From contig JAQWHT010000114.1 of NCBI GenBank assembly GCA_029249225.1, positions 32,103 to 96,102 on the forward strand: a stretch of 64,000 nt of DNA, in the 5' to 3' direction. The translations under genes were made by a program, and so were the position numbers. Source of the stretch: Flavobacteriaceae bacterium (GTDB lineage: Bacteria > Bacteroidota > Bacteroidia > Flavobacteriales > Flavobacteriaceae). The notes under the pieces are model-generated. The model saw only the letters and a list, made by a program, of their open reading frames with translations. It searched no databases and was not told the origin of the DNA. Positions 1-9,239 of the stretch are shown here, piece after piece (the stretch's first letter is position 1; every line of letters begins with the position of its first letter).

Positions 1-1
1 C

Positions 2-961
2 CGATTTTTATTTATAGTACTACTGCTTGTTTCATGCCAAAATAAAGTAGATCGTAAAGATGCCTATGTTCCCGAATCTAGCGGGAATTTAAATCATGTA
101 ACAATAGTAATGCCTGAAAAAGAATGGAATTCTTCCTTAGGAGAGTCTGTCCGAACGGAGCTTCAGCAGATTTATGAAGGGCTTCCTATAGATGAACCTC
201 AATACTCTTTGAACTATTTAAATCCAAAGACCTTTACAGGTTTTGCTCGTCAGGGCCGAAACGTGGTTTGGTTTCAAAAAGATTCTACCGCACGTTTTCA
301 GCTAGCTCAGAATCAGTTTGCTAGGCCACAAATAGTAGCTCTTATTACTGGAGAAGATGCTGAAATACAAGAGTATTATTTACAAGAAAACGCAACTTTG
401 CTAAGACAAACCATCGCTGAAAATGAACGCAAAGAAAAGATCCGTAGAATAAGCAAATCTTTAACTACAGAAAAAACACTTTTAAACAGATTTGGTATTC
501 AACTCAAGTACCCCTCTGCCTATGAGACTGTTAAAGACACAATAAACTTTGTTTGGATTCAAAAGCCTGTTCGAAAGGGGCATTTAAACCTTATTGTTTA
601 CAGCCTTGAAGAAGACAGATTAGGGGACAAATTCAGTGAACAAATTCTTGATATCAGGGATTCCATTGGTAAAGTTCACGTTCCTGGAAGACTCAAAGGG
701 AGTTATTTTATAACTGAAAGAGCTTTTCGGCCATATTTTTATAAAACACAACTTGACGGGAAGTCAGCCTACTTGACTAAAGGCACTTGGGAAGTGGCAA
801 ATGACTTCATGGCAGGCCCTTATATAAATTACGCAATACTAGACAGCATATCAAAGAGATGGATTGTAGTTGAAGGTTTTGCCTTTGCTCCCTCAGCAAA
901 TAAACGAGATTATATGTTTGAATTAAACACGATAATTTCCTCATTTAAGCAACAGAGGTAA
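2..961 (+). CDS. DUF4837-like lipoprotein, 5' end upstream of window
   Basis: The frame of ORF 110..961 stays open back to nt 2 and reads ...IVLLLVSCQNK (signal peptide plus lipobox Cys), so the true start lies outside the window. The family name is from recollection of flavobacterial homologues only. Confidence 0.5.
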   Translation, partial: RFLFIVLLLVSCQNKVDRKDAYVPESSGNLNHVTIVMPEKEWNSSLGESVRTELQQIYEGLPIDEPQYSLNYLNPKTFTGFARQGRNVVWFQKDSTARFQLAQNQFARPQIVALITGEDAEIQEYYLQENATLLRQTIAENERKEKIRRISKSLTTEKTLLNRFGIQLKYPSAYETVKDTINFVWIQKPVRKGHLNLIVYSLEEDRLGDKFSEQILDIRDSIGKVHVPGRLKGSYFITERAFRPYFYKTQLDGKSAYLTKGTWEVANDFMAGPYINYAILDSISKRWIVVEGFAFAPSANKRDYMFELNTIISSFKQQR

Positions 962-1159
962 TCACCCCTTACCTTCTTCCTCGACCTTAGGCTTTTCTTC
1001 CTCTTCTTTGGTGGCATTTTTAAATTCTTTAATACCACTGCCTAAACCTTTCATCAGCTCAGGAATTTTACGCCCACCAAAAAGAAGGAGAACGACTGCA
1101 ATGATTAAAATAATTTGTGGACCACCGATCATACCTAAAAATGTTAAAGACAACATCAT
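962..1159 (-). CDS. tatA: twin-arginine translocase subunit TatA/E
   Basis: 65 aa. One N-terminal TM helix, then the [21 protein letters not shown] amphipathic helix and an acidic tail. Confidence 0.85.
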   Translation of the reverse strand: MMLSLTFLGMIGGPQIILIIAVVLLLFGGRKIPELMKGLGSGIKEFKNATKEEEEKPKVEEEGKG

Positions 1160-1176
1160 TGATTTATTATTTTAAA

Positions 1177-1184
1177 CAAATGTA
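1177..1184 (-). promoter_or_regulatory. Bacteroidota -7 box (TACATTTG on minus strand) upstream of tatA
   Basis: Plus-strand CAAATGTA is the reverse complement of the TAnnTTTG consensus. It lies 17 nt upstream of the tatA ATG. Confidence 0.45.
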
Positions 1185-1249
1185 CAGAAATATTTAGTTT
1201 CGTTTACATGAAAAAAGAAACAGGAATATTACTCGGATAAAGGATTGTT

Positions 1250-1257
1250 TATCTTTG
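1250..1257 (+). promoter_or_regulatory. Bacteroidota -7 box (TATCTTTG) upstream of the M23 peptidase operon
   Basis: Perfect TAnnTTTG 8 nt upstream of ATG 1266. It overlaps the alternative TTG start at 1245, which argues for ATG 1266. Confidence 0.45.
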
Positions 1258-1265
1258 TAACAATT

Positions 1266-2144
1266 ATGGACAAAAAACAACGTAAAAAAGGAGATCTTTT
1301 CAAAAAGCTGATCACGCCTTACCGCATGGTTATTATCAATGAAGAAACATTTGAAGAGAGGCTTCAATACCGAATTTCAAAGCTTACGATTATATTGGGA
1401 TCCTTATTTACTTTGATCTCCTTGGCCGCCTTATTTTTTTCATCCATAGCGTACACCCCCTTAAAAGAGTTTATACCAGGGTATGATTCTTCCGAACTCC
1501 GAAAAAAAGCCATTCAGAATCTGTTCGTCACAGATTCATTGATTGCGTTATACAACCAAAACCTTCAGTATTTAAATGCTGTTAAAGCGGTATTAAATGA
1601 GGAAATATTGTTTGAAAACCCAGAACTTTCAGAACAAAATTTACAAAGAGAAAATCAAGAAGCCCCCACATTTATTTCATCTGTCCCCGAAGATTCGCTT
1701 CTCCGTGCTTTTGTGTCGGAACAAGACAAATATAACCCTGACCTTGGAGAATCTAATACGGCAATAGAAACCTTATTATTACCTCCTGCTTTAGGACCAA
1801 TTTCGGAAGCGTTTAATCCAGACGAATATCATTTTGCAGTGGATATTGTTCTGAAAAAAAATGCTCCAATTAAAGCAATTTCAGACGGACGTGTCGTTTT
1901 TGCAGAATGGACGGCTCAAACCGGCTACGTGATTATACTGAAACACAGCAAAGGAATTTTATCGGTATATAAACACAACTCTTCTTTAAGCAAAAAACAG
2001 GGCGACCTTGTTCAGGGGGGTGAAGTGATTGCTTTGGCTGGTAATACTGGGGAATTCACAACAGGATTTCACCTTCATTTTGAACTTTGGATAGAAGGAT
2101 ACCCTATGGATCCGCAAAGTTTTTTTAATTTTTCAGAGGAATGA
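1266..2144 (+). CDS. M23/LytM family metallopeptidase with N-terminal membrane anchor
   Basis: Catalytic motifs are intact (HFAVDI ... HLHFELW), with one TM segment near the N-terminus. The start is placed at ATG 1266 rather than the track's TTG 1245. Confidence 0.8.
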   Translation: MDKKQRKKGDLFKKLITPYRMVIINEETFEERLQYRISKLTIILGSLFTLISLAALFFSSIAYTPLKEFIPGYDSSELRKKAIQNLFVTDSLIALYNQNLQYLNAVKAVLNEEILFENPELSEQNLQRENQEAPTFISSVPEDSLLRAFVSEQDKYNPDLGESNTAIETLLLPPALGPISEAFNPDEYHFAVDIVLKKNAPIKAISDGRVVFAEWTAQTGYVIILKHSKGILSVYKHNSSLSKKQGDLVQGGEVIALAGNTGEFTTGFHLHFELWIEGYPMDPQSFFNFSEE

Positions 2145-3655
2145 TCAAAGAATTAGCAGCTAAAATTTTTGCGGATCTAATACATAGAAAAAATCAAAAA
2201 TGGATACAGCATCCTATAAAAGCTCAGGAAGAAGTCTTTAAAGAATTACTTCAAAAAGGACGTCAGACTACATTTGGTAAAGATCACGCCTTTGAGACGA
2301 TTACCGGAATCAATCAATTTCGAGAAAAAGTTCCTGTCCGTGATTATGAACAACTCCGACCTTATGTAGAGGAAGTTTTGAATGGTGAAGTAAATGTACT
2401 TTGGCCTGGACGACCGTTGTATTATGCGAAGTCGAGTGGGACCACATCAGGCGCGAAGTTTATTCCAATAACTTCGGATTCTATGCCACAACACATAAGG
2501 GCTGCAAGGGAAGCATTACTTAATTATATCAAAGAAACAGGGAACGTTAAGATGATTCGCGGCAAGCATATTTTTTTGCAGGGCAGCCCTGTGCTTGAAG
2601 ATAAAAAGGGTGTTGCCTTGGGAAGATTGTCAGGGATTGTTGCGCATTATGTTCCAGCATATCTCCAAAAAAACAGAATGCCTAGTTGGGAAACTAACTG
2701 TATCGAAGATTGGGAAACGAAAGTTGAAGCAGTAGTAAAGGAGACAATTGATGAAAATATGACCATTATAGGAGGGATACCCTCATGGGTTCAAATGTAT
2801 TTTGAGCGATTGTCAAAAAAATCAGGAAAAGCTGTAGGGGAACTTTTTCCTAACTTCTCTCTCTTTGTTTATGGAGGTGTAAATTTCGAACCCTACAGAG
2901 GTGTTTTTAAAAAACTCATTGGACGGAGTACCGATAGTATTGAGTTTTATCCAGCATCAGAAGGGTTTTTTGCATACCAAGACAGTCAAAAAGATAGTGG
3001 ACTCTTATTGCTCTTAAATCACGGTATTTTTTACGAATTTATTGTAGCAGACACTTTTTATGAAAACCAACAAACAGTACATTCTCTTGAGGAAGTAAGT
3101 TTAGGACTCAATTATGTGATGATTATTTCCACTACGGCTGGCCTTTGGAGATACAACATAGGTGATACAGTCCAATTTTCCAGTTTGAAGCCTTTCAAAG
3201 TGATTGTAAGCGGTAGGATCAAGCATTTTATCTCTGCTTTTGGTGAACATGTAATCGTGAGCGAAGTAGAGCAGTCTTTAAAACGAGCCATTGATGCTGA
3301 AAAAAAAGAAGTCGTGATCCTGGAATTTACTGTAGCTCCTCAAGTAAAACCAGAGTCTGGCCTTCCCTATCATGAATGGTTTATAGAGTTTGACCAAGAA
3401 CCAGCTAATTTAGAGGAATTTGCTTCACGAATTGACCAAGCGATGCAGCAAAAAAATATTTATTATGATGACTTAATCAGCGGTCATGTACTACGCCCTT
3501 TAGTAATCCAAAAAGTGAAAAAAAACGGCTTCCAAAATTATATGAAAAGCATAGGTAAATTAGGGGGTCAAAATAAAGTCCCTAGAGTCTCTGACAATCG
3601 AAAGATTGCAGATGCCCTAAGCCCATTTTTATTATCTCCAAGGACAACCAAATGA
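2141..3655 (+). CDS. GH3 family (auxin-responsive-promoter type) adenylate-forming amido synthetase homologue
   Basis: 504 aa. YAKSSGTTSGAKFIP nucleotide-binding motif and overall GH3-like layout. ATGA overlap with the upstream gene. Confidence 0.7.
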   Translation: MIKELAAKIFADLIHRKNQKWIQHPIKAQEEVFKELLQKGRQTTFGKDHAFETITGINQFREKVPVRDYEQLRPYVEEVLNGEVNVLWPGRPLYYAKSSGTTSGAKFIPITSDSMPQHIRAAREALLNYIKETGNVKMIRGKHIFLQGSPVLEDKKGVALGRLSGIVAHYVPAYLQKNRMPSWETNCIEDWETKVEAVVKETIDENMTIIGGIPSWVQMYFERLSKKSGKAVGELFPNFSLFVYGGVNFEPYRGVFKKLIGRSTDSIEFYPASEGFFAYQDSQKDSGLLLLLNHGIFYEFIVADTFYENQQTVHSLEEVSLGLNYVMIISTTAGLWRYNIGDTVQFSSLKPFKVIVSGRIKHFISAFGEHVIVSEVEQSLKRAIDAEKKEVVILEFTVAPQVKPESGLPYHEWFIEFDQEPANLEEFASRIDQAMQQKNIYYDDLISGHVLRPLVIQKVKKNGFQNYMKSIGKLGGQNKVPRVSDNRKIADALSPFLLSPRTTK

Positions 3656-4719
3656 GTCCAAAAAAAGTCACATTGGTGTACAGCCTTAACAATACGTTTG
3701 TGTTAAAGGATATTGCACTTTTAGAGCGAATGGGACATAAGGTCATGTCAATTCAATCTCCTCCTCACAAAGACGTGTTCCGGTTTACTTGGAACAGGAT
3801 AAAAGAATTTTTTCTTGGTTTTTTTCTTGTAGTAAAATCTGAGGCGGTATGGAGTTGGTTTAATGATTACCATACTTTTGCAATTTTCTTTTGGGCAAAA
3901 TTTCTCAACAAACAGCGTATCATAATCGTTGGAGGATATGATGCTGTTTCCTGTCCAAAATTGAATTATGGGATTTTTTTAAAAGAAAACCTAAGACAAT
4001 TTTTAGCGAGATGGAACTACAAGCAGGCAAATCAAATATGGGTCGTTCATCAAAGCCTTGCTAAAGGGTGTGTTAATGCAAGAGAACAAGATGGAACCCA
4101 ATCTGGGATTCAGAACTTTATCCCAGAAGTTGCCTTATCTATCAGAGAAGTCCCAACAGCTTACGATCCAACATTCTGGAAGAAAGAGGGAGAGAAAAAC
4201 GAAAAAGGAATTTTAACTGTGGCGAACATTTCAGATGAAAGAACATATCTGAGAAAAGGAATCCCACTTTTTATAAAATTAGCTGAACGATTACCGGAAT
4301 ATCAATTTACCATCGTAGGAATTCAGAACCCATCAGCCAATCAGCGGGAACTCCCTAAAAACATAAAACTTGTAGGAACTTTAGATAGAGTTGCCTTGAA
4401 AAAACAGTACAGTCAACATCAATTTTATGTCCAAGGGTCTAAAGTAGAGGGGTTGCCCAATGTTTTATGCGAGGCAATGTTATGTGAGTGTATTCCCATA
4501 GGCACAAATGTTTTTGGAATCCCTGAGGCAATAGGATCAACAGGGTATATTTTGGATGCAACGGACAATCTTGAATCTTTGACTTCGTTTATTAAAGCGA
4601 TAGAAGATCCCATATTTCTTGGTAAACAAGCTCGAAAAAGAATTAAGAATCAATATCCAATTTCGAGAAGGGAAAAGGCGTTTAAGAATGTTTTAAATCT
4701 AGAGAAAGGTGAAAAGTAA
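3652..4719 (+). CDS. glycosyltransferase, GT4-like (GT-B fold)
   Basis: C-terminal EGLPNVLCEAMLCECIPIGTNVFGIPE (E-x7-E type) motif. ATGA overlap with the GH3 gene. Confidence 0.7.
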   Translation: MSPKKVTLVYSLNNTFVLKDIALLERMGHKVMSIQSPPHKDVFRFTWNRIKEFFLGFFLVVKSEAVWSWFNDYHTFAIFFWAKFLNKQRIIIVGGYDAVSCPKLNYGIFLKENLRQFLARWNYKQANQIWVVHQSLAKGCVNAREQDGTQSGIQNFIPEVALSIREVPTAYDPTFWKKEGEKNEKGILTVANISDERTYLRKGIPLFIKLAERLPEYQFTIVGIQNPSANQRELPKNIKLVGTLDRVALKKQYSQHQFYVQGSKVEGLPNVLCEAMLCECIPIGTNVFGIPEAIGSTGYILDATDNLESLTSFIKAIEDPIFLGKQARKRIKNQYPISRREKAFKNVLNLEKGEK

Positions 4720-5668
4720 CTTTGCAGTTTTAGGGTATCCAAATTCTAATAATCTTGGTGATTTCATCCAAAGCATAGCTGCTGAAGAGTGGATGAAACC
4801 CAAGATACCCCAGAGAATTGATAGAGATCAACTCCATAAATATCAAGGCACTCCTGTTAAATTGGTGATGAATGGATGGTTTATGGAGGAGCCTACAAAT
4901 TGGCCCCCTTCTGAATCAATTCAGCCATTATTTATTTCATTTCATCTTAACCCCACTGCAGAAAGGGGAATGCTAAACTCAGAAGGGATCCAGTATTTTA
5001 AAAAGCACCAACCCATAGGATGTAGAGACACCTATACCCAAAAGACCCTTGAAAAGCATGGAATCCAGACATATTTTTCAGCCTGTTTAACACTTACTTT
5101 AAAGAGGGCTAATAGCGTTAAATCAGACAAGAAACGAAAGGGAATTTTAGTATTAAGTCCGCTTGAGCGTCTTCTTCCTCAAGAAGAAATCAATAAACAA
5201 CAAGGCTTAAGGGGTCAACTTTTGAGCATTGCTCAAAAATTAAAACAACCGTTTAAATCGAATAAGTATTCAGTGGCGATGAACCGCCTTGAGGCATACC
5301 TTTCTCAAATGGATGAAGAGGTGCTTGTGAAAACACAATTGATGTCGCCATCAACCTTTTCTGAGTCTGACAGAATAAAGGCAGCTCAAGAACAGCTAGA
5401 ATGTATAGCTTCTGCTAAATTGGTGATCACTTCAAGGATTCATTCAGCATTACCTGCAGTAGCGTATGGAACTCCGGTTATTTTCTTAGCAGACGGTCTT
5501 CAACATCCAAATCAAAAAAGCCGATTTGAAGGAATGGAATCCTTTTTTAAAATGATCACCTCTGAACAACTTAAAACTCTAGAGAAGAATATACCAGTAC
5601 CAAAAAAAGTACCTGAAGTATTGTTAAAACGCTTCGAAAAAGAGCTGAACACTTTTCTAAAAGATTGA
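4709..5668 (+). CDS. polysaccharide pyruvyl transferase family protein
   Basis: N-terminal NLGDFIQ and C-terminal ITSRIHSALPAVAYGTPVIF resemble CsaB/WcaK-type pyruvyl transferases. The GTG start overlaps the GT4 stop by 11 nt. Confidence 0.55.
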   Translation: MKSNFAVLGYPNSNNLGDFIQSIAAEEWMKPKIPQRIDRDQLHKYQGTPVKLVMNGWFMEEPTNWPPSESIQPLFISFHLNPTAERGMLNSEGIQYFKKHQPIGCRDTYTQKTLEKHGIQTYFSACLTLTLKRANSVKSDKKRKGILVLSPLERLLPQEEINKQQGLRGQLLSIAQKLKQPFKSNKYSVAMNRLEAYLSQMDEEVLVKTQLMSPSTFSESDRIKAAQEQLECIASAKLVITSRIHSALPAVAYGTPVIFLADGLQHPNQKSRFEGMESFFKMITSEQLKTLEKNIPVPKKVPEVLLKRFEKELNTFLKD

Positions 5669-5726
5669 AAAAAACTATTCTTCAAAAAGGGGATTAGTGA
5701 TTATCTTTACAAAAACATTATTATAA

Positions 5727-6995
5727 ATGAACGTACTCGTTATAGGAGGTGGAGGTAGAGAACATACATTGTGCTGGAAGATTAAACAAAGTGACCAATG
5801 TGAAACGCTATACGCGGCACCTGGCAATGCTGGAACGGCAAACTGTGCTATAAACCTCCCTCTGTCAGTAACAGATTTTGAAGGAATAAAAAATGCCGTG
5901 GTTGAGTACAGTATTGACCTTGTGATAGTAGGTCCCGAGGAGCCCCTAGTCAAAGGAATTCACGATTATTTTTTACAAGATAAATCTGTGTCTCATGTTG
6001 GAATCATTGGACCACAAAAAGCAGCAGCCAATCTAGAAGGGAGCAAAGCTTTCGCAAAAGAATTTATGTACCGACACCAAATTCCAACAGCGTCTTATGC
6101 TGAATTTACATCGAAAAACATTTCTGAAGGAGAAGCCTATTTAGCAAATACTCAATCACCGTATGTGTTAAAAGCAGATGGTCTGGCAGCGGGAAAAGGA
6201 GTTGTAATTTTAGAGGACCTAGAAGAGGCTAAAAAGGAATTACGGAGAATGCTTTTGGAAAAAAAGTTTGGTACAGCCTCTAGCAAGGTAGTGATCGAAG
6301 AGTTTTTATCAGGAATAGAATTATCCTGTTTTGTTTTGACAGATGGCGAAAGTTACCTGACGCTTCCAATGGCAAAAGATTACAAAAGAATTGGTGAAGG
6401 AGATACAGGCTTAAATACTGGAGGAATGGGAGCAATCTCACCTGTGCCTTTTGTGTCCGAAGCGTTTGAGGAAAAAATAGATAAAAAAATCATTCGACCC
6501 ACGATAGATGGGCTAAAAAAAGATGGAATGCCGTACAAGGGATTTGTATTCATAGGACTGATTAAAGTCGGAGAAGAACCCAAGGTGATTGAATACAATG
6601 TTCGATTAGGAGACCCCGAAACAGAAGTGGTTTTGCCGAGGCTAAAAACAGATTTATTATCCCTGTTAACAGCAGTTCACGCGGGTCGGTTAAATGAAAT
6701 TAATTTGGAAATAGAACCCAAAACAGCAGCTACAGTTATGGCAGTTTCTGGAGGGTATCCTGAGGCTTATGAAAAAGGAAAGCAGATCACTGGGCTAGAT
6801 GAGGAAATAGGATTGGTGTTTCACGCGGGAACACGATTAGGAGAAGAGGGCGTAGTGACGGACGGCGGCCGAGTCTTAGCAGCAACCTCTTTCGGAAAAA
6901 ACTCAAACGAAGCGGTAATCAAATCATTTAGAACCCTTGAAAAAATAAATTTTGAAGGGATGTACTACCGAGAAGATATCGGCTTTGATTTATAA
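5727..6995 (+). CDS. purD: phosphoribosylamine-glycine ligase
   Basis: 422 aa ATP-grasp enzyme. VLVIGGGGREH, GLAAGKGV and EYNVRLGDPE motifs. Confidence 0.95.
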   Translation: MNVLVIGGGGREHTLCWKIKQSDQCETLYAAPGNAGTANCAINLPLSVTDFEGIKNAVVEYSIDLVIVGPEEPLVKGIHDYFLQDKSVSHVGIIGPQKAAANLEGSKAFAKEFMYRHQIPTASYAEFTSKNISEGEAYLANTQSPYVLKADGLAAGKGVVILEDLEEAKKELRRMLLEKKFGTASSKVVIEEFLSGIELSCFVLTDGESYLTLPMAKDYKRIGEGDTGLNTGGMGAISPVPFVSEAFEEKIDKKIIRPTIDGLKKDGMPYKGFVFIGLIKVGEEPKVIEYNVRLGDPETEVVLPRLKTDLLSLLTAVHAGRLNEINLEIEPKTAATVMAVSGGYPEAYEKGKQITGLDEEIGLVFHAGTRLGEEGVVTDGGRVLAATSFGKNSNEAVIKSFRTLEKINFEGMYYREDIGFDL

Positions 6996-7220
6996 GAAAG
7001 AGTGCGCTGAAGGATCTTTGTCTTCTTCGCCGTTTTTATCAAAAAGATTGAGTTGTAAAACCCAGTAGACCATGGCTGAAAATCCAACAATTAAAAAGAC
7101 CCAATTGACACTATTGGCTAATACCCAACTTGTTTGTTCTAATTCACGTAAAATAGAATAGGGAAGAAACAGGATTTCTTCGAACAACCAGGCAATACCT
7201 TCAAAAAAATTTTTCATCAA
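6990..7220 (-). CDS. small two-TM membrane protein of unknown function
   Basis: 76 aa with a hydrophobic core (WVFLIVGFSAMVYWVLQL). Its 3' end overlaps the purD stop within a TTATAA palindrome. Confidence 0.4.
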   Translation of the reverse strand: MMKNFFEGIAWLFEEILFLPYSILRELEQTSWVLANSVNWVFLIVGFSAMVYWVLQLNLFDKNGEEDKDPSAHSFL

Positions 7221-7259
7221 TTGTAGTTTACTTACCTTGCAAATTTAAGAGAAACGAAT

Positions 7260-8165
7260 ATGGTAGCCAACCTTTTTCGGAAAACAAATTTAAGTTCTTT
7301 TACCGGGAGTTTTTTAGGGACCTTTCTTGTTCTCTTTTTATTTCAAACGAACCAGCGGTTTAATGTTGATTCTTTTCTCTCTATAAGTACCAATGCATTA
7401 GTAAAAGCGATACTCGTTTTGGTTTTCTTATTGCTTTTGAGTTACTTTAAAAACAAGGATAGATTTCTAAAGATTTCACCATTTTTGGCACTCTCATTTC
7501 CATTAGTACTTCTCTTTATACCTCATGAAAGCCTGCAACTTGACGGACTTGTATTAAACGGACTGGTCATTATTGTGTTTATAAATTTAGCGACGTCTGA
7601 GAAAGCAAAGAATGTGTTAAAACCTCTATTTAATTCAGCTTTAATTTTATCTATCTTGGTTTTTTTAGAGGGCTCTTTTTCTTATTTATTTCTTTCTTTA
7701 GCACTCTTTTTTTTCGCCAAAAATATAGATTTGCTAAGGGTGTTAACCGCTATTTTGGTTCCTTTTTTTAGTGTCTATTTCCTAATGAAAACGGGAAGCA
7801 TATTGTATGGTTTTGATGTTTGGAGCATACCTTGGCCAGTGAGGACTGACCTTCAAGAGCAGACCAAATTGGAGTTTTTGACCTTTCTGGGATTTGAGTT
7901 TTTAATTATTTCATTAATTGTTTTTTCGAAATCATCTTTACGAAAAATAGGATTTACCGTTTCCACAGCTTTCCTTTTAATATTGATTTTTTCTGGAGTT
8001 ATCTTGGGTTTTATAGAAAAAACGGGACATTTTAATTTGTATGAGATCGTCTTTTTCCCTTCAGTGTATTACCTTTCCATTGCTTTAGAGGAACAATCAA
8101 ACATAAAAATTAACGGACTAGTTATTTTGTTAGTTATAATTAAAGCGAGTTCTTACTTTTTTTGA
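7260..8165 (+). CDS. polytopic membrane protein of unknown function
   Basis: 301 aa, about 8 hydrophobic segments and no recognisable catalytic motif. Confidence 0.5.
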   Translation: MVANLFRKTNLSSFTGSFLGTFLVLFLFQTNQRFNVDSFLSISTNALVKAILVLVFLLLLSYFKNKDRFLKISPFLALSFPLVLLFIPHESLQLDGLVLNGLVIIVFINLATSEKAKNVLKPLFNSALILSILVFLEGSFSYLFLSLALFFFAKNIDLLRVLTAILVPFFSVYFLMKTGSILYGFDVWSIPWPVRTDLQEQTKLEFLTFLGFEFLIISLIVFSKSSLRKIGFTVSTAFLLILIFSGVILGFIEKTGHFNLYEIVFFPSVYYLSIALEEQSNIKINGLVILLVIIKASSYFF

Positions 8166-8170
8166 ACAGC

Positions 8171-9214
8171 CTAAACGTCATCGTAGTCTAAATGAATAAA
8201 GTCAGATTGAGCAATAGCTTGACAGCTTAATATCAAACCTTCTTCAATCTCAGAGTCAGTAAGAATTTGATTAACCAACATAGTTGCTTTGCCCTCTTTC
8301 ACTTTAGCAATACAGCTACTGCAAACGCCTCCTTGACATGAATAGGGAACTTCTACCATGGCTGTGAGAGCGATATCAAGTAGGGTTTTATCTGGAACTA
8401 ATTCTAAATCGTGTACGACATCATCACAAGTTAATTTAAACAGCCCTTGATTTGCTTGATCATCAACTTTTTTGGTTTCGGTACTTGACGAGAACAACTC
8501 GAAGTGAATAGTTTCTTTTTGCACTCCCTTACTTATAAGTTGTTCAGTACCATTTAAAATTAAAGGTTCTGGTCCACAAAGAAAAGAATGCTCAGGAAGA
8601 GATTTTGTTTCATTCAGGACAAAATTAATGATTGATTTATCAATTCTCCCAAAAAGAGCGTTCTCTTCATTGGTTTGACTAAATACCCAGTGAATTTTTA
8701 GTTGTTCTTTATACTGTCTTTCCAAAGCTTTTAGTTCTTCATAGAACATACTCTGCTGAGGGGTTTTATTACCGTAGATTAAGGTAAATTTCTGAGAGCT
8801 ATTCTGTGATAAAAAATCATTCAATATCGAAAAAATGGGTGTTATACCGCTCCCAGCGGCAATAGCAAGTAGAGCACTGTTTGCTTTTTCTTTGTCATAA
8901 ACAAAGCGCCCTTCGGGAAGACTTACTTTTAGAAGATCTCCCACCTGTAAAGACCGATTTATATAGGTTGAAAAAACACCCTTGTGAACTTCTTTTACTC
9001 CCACACTTAATAAGTCTTTTTGTTTAGGGGAGGAACACAATGAATAAGATCGCCTTACAAGCACTCCGTCAATTTCTACCTCAAGTGAAATGTATTGACC
9101 CGGTACAAAAGAGTATGAAGGGATAAGTTTTTCTGGAACTTCAAATGAAACGATCGTTGCGTCAGATGTGGTTTGTTCTAACGCCGAGACTCGAAGAGAA
9201 TGGAATGAAGGCAT
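8171..9214 (-). CDS. ferredoxin-NAD(P) reductase fused to a 2Fe-2S ferredoxin (PaaE/PaaK-like)
   Basis: RRSYSL FAD motif, AAGSGITP NAD(P) motif and a C-terminal CQGGVCSSC...C plant-type cluster. The start is moved to internal ATG 9214 (MPSFHSL), which lies behind a -7 box. Confidence 0.75.
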   Translation of the reverse strand: MPSFHSLRVSALEQTTSDATIVSFEVPEKLIPSYSFVPGQYISLEVEIDGVLVRRSYSLCSSPKQKDLLSVGVKEVHKGVFSTYINRSLQVGDLLKVSLPEGRFVYDKEKANSALLAIAAGSGITPIFSILNDFLSQNSSQKFTLIYGNKTPQQSMFYEELKALERQYKEQLKIHWVFSQTNEENALFGRIDKSIINFVLNETKSLPEHSFLCGPEPLILNGTEQLISKGVQKETIHFELFSSSTETKKVDDQANQGLFKLTCDDVVHDLELVPDKTLLDIALTAMVEVPYSCQGGVCSSCIAKVKEGKATMLVNQILTDSEIEEGLILSCQAIAQSDFIHLDYDDV

Positions 9215-9225
9215 AGCTTTTTTTG

Positions 9226-9233
9226 CAAATGTA
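9226..9233 (-). promoter_or_regulatory. Bacteroidota -7 box (TACATTTG on minus strand) for the reductase gene
   Basis: Plus-strand CAAATGTA lies 11 nt upstream of ATG 9214. This supports the shortened start. Confidence 0.45.
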
Positions 9234-9239
9234 AAAAAT

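Noticed and set aside
5675-5953. 92-aa ORF antisense to the purD start. Similar antisense or alternate-frame ORFs occur at 4425-4613, 6380-6598, 9605-10108, 12450-12728, 13554-13772, 16466-16753, 17759-18052, 22206-23257, 24258-24848, 25181-26137, 37604-38395, 48925-49451, 55480-56780 and 58261-62287.
   Set aside because: All lie inside strongly supported genes, have low-complexity or odd composition, and match no motif. They are treated as shadow ORFs.
6990-6995. Abutting or overlapping convergent gene ends at 961/962, 6990/6995, 25117/25119, 27249/27252, 29109/29111 and 43041/43045, considered as engineered or unusual.
   Set aside because: This is consistent with a generally compact genome and Rho-dependent or read-through termination. 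It is not distinctive on its own.
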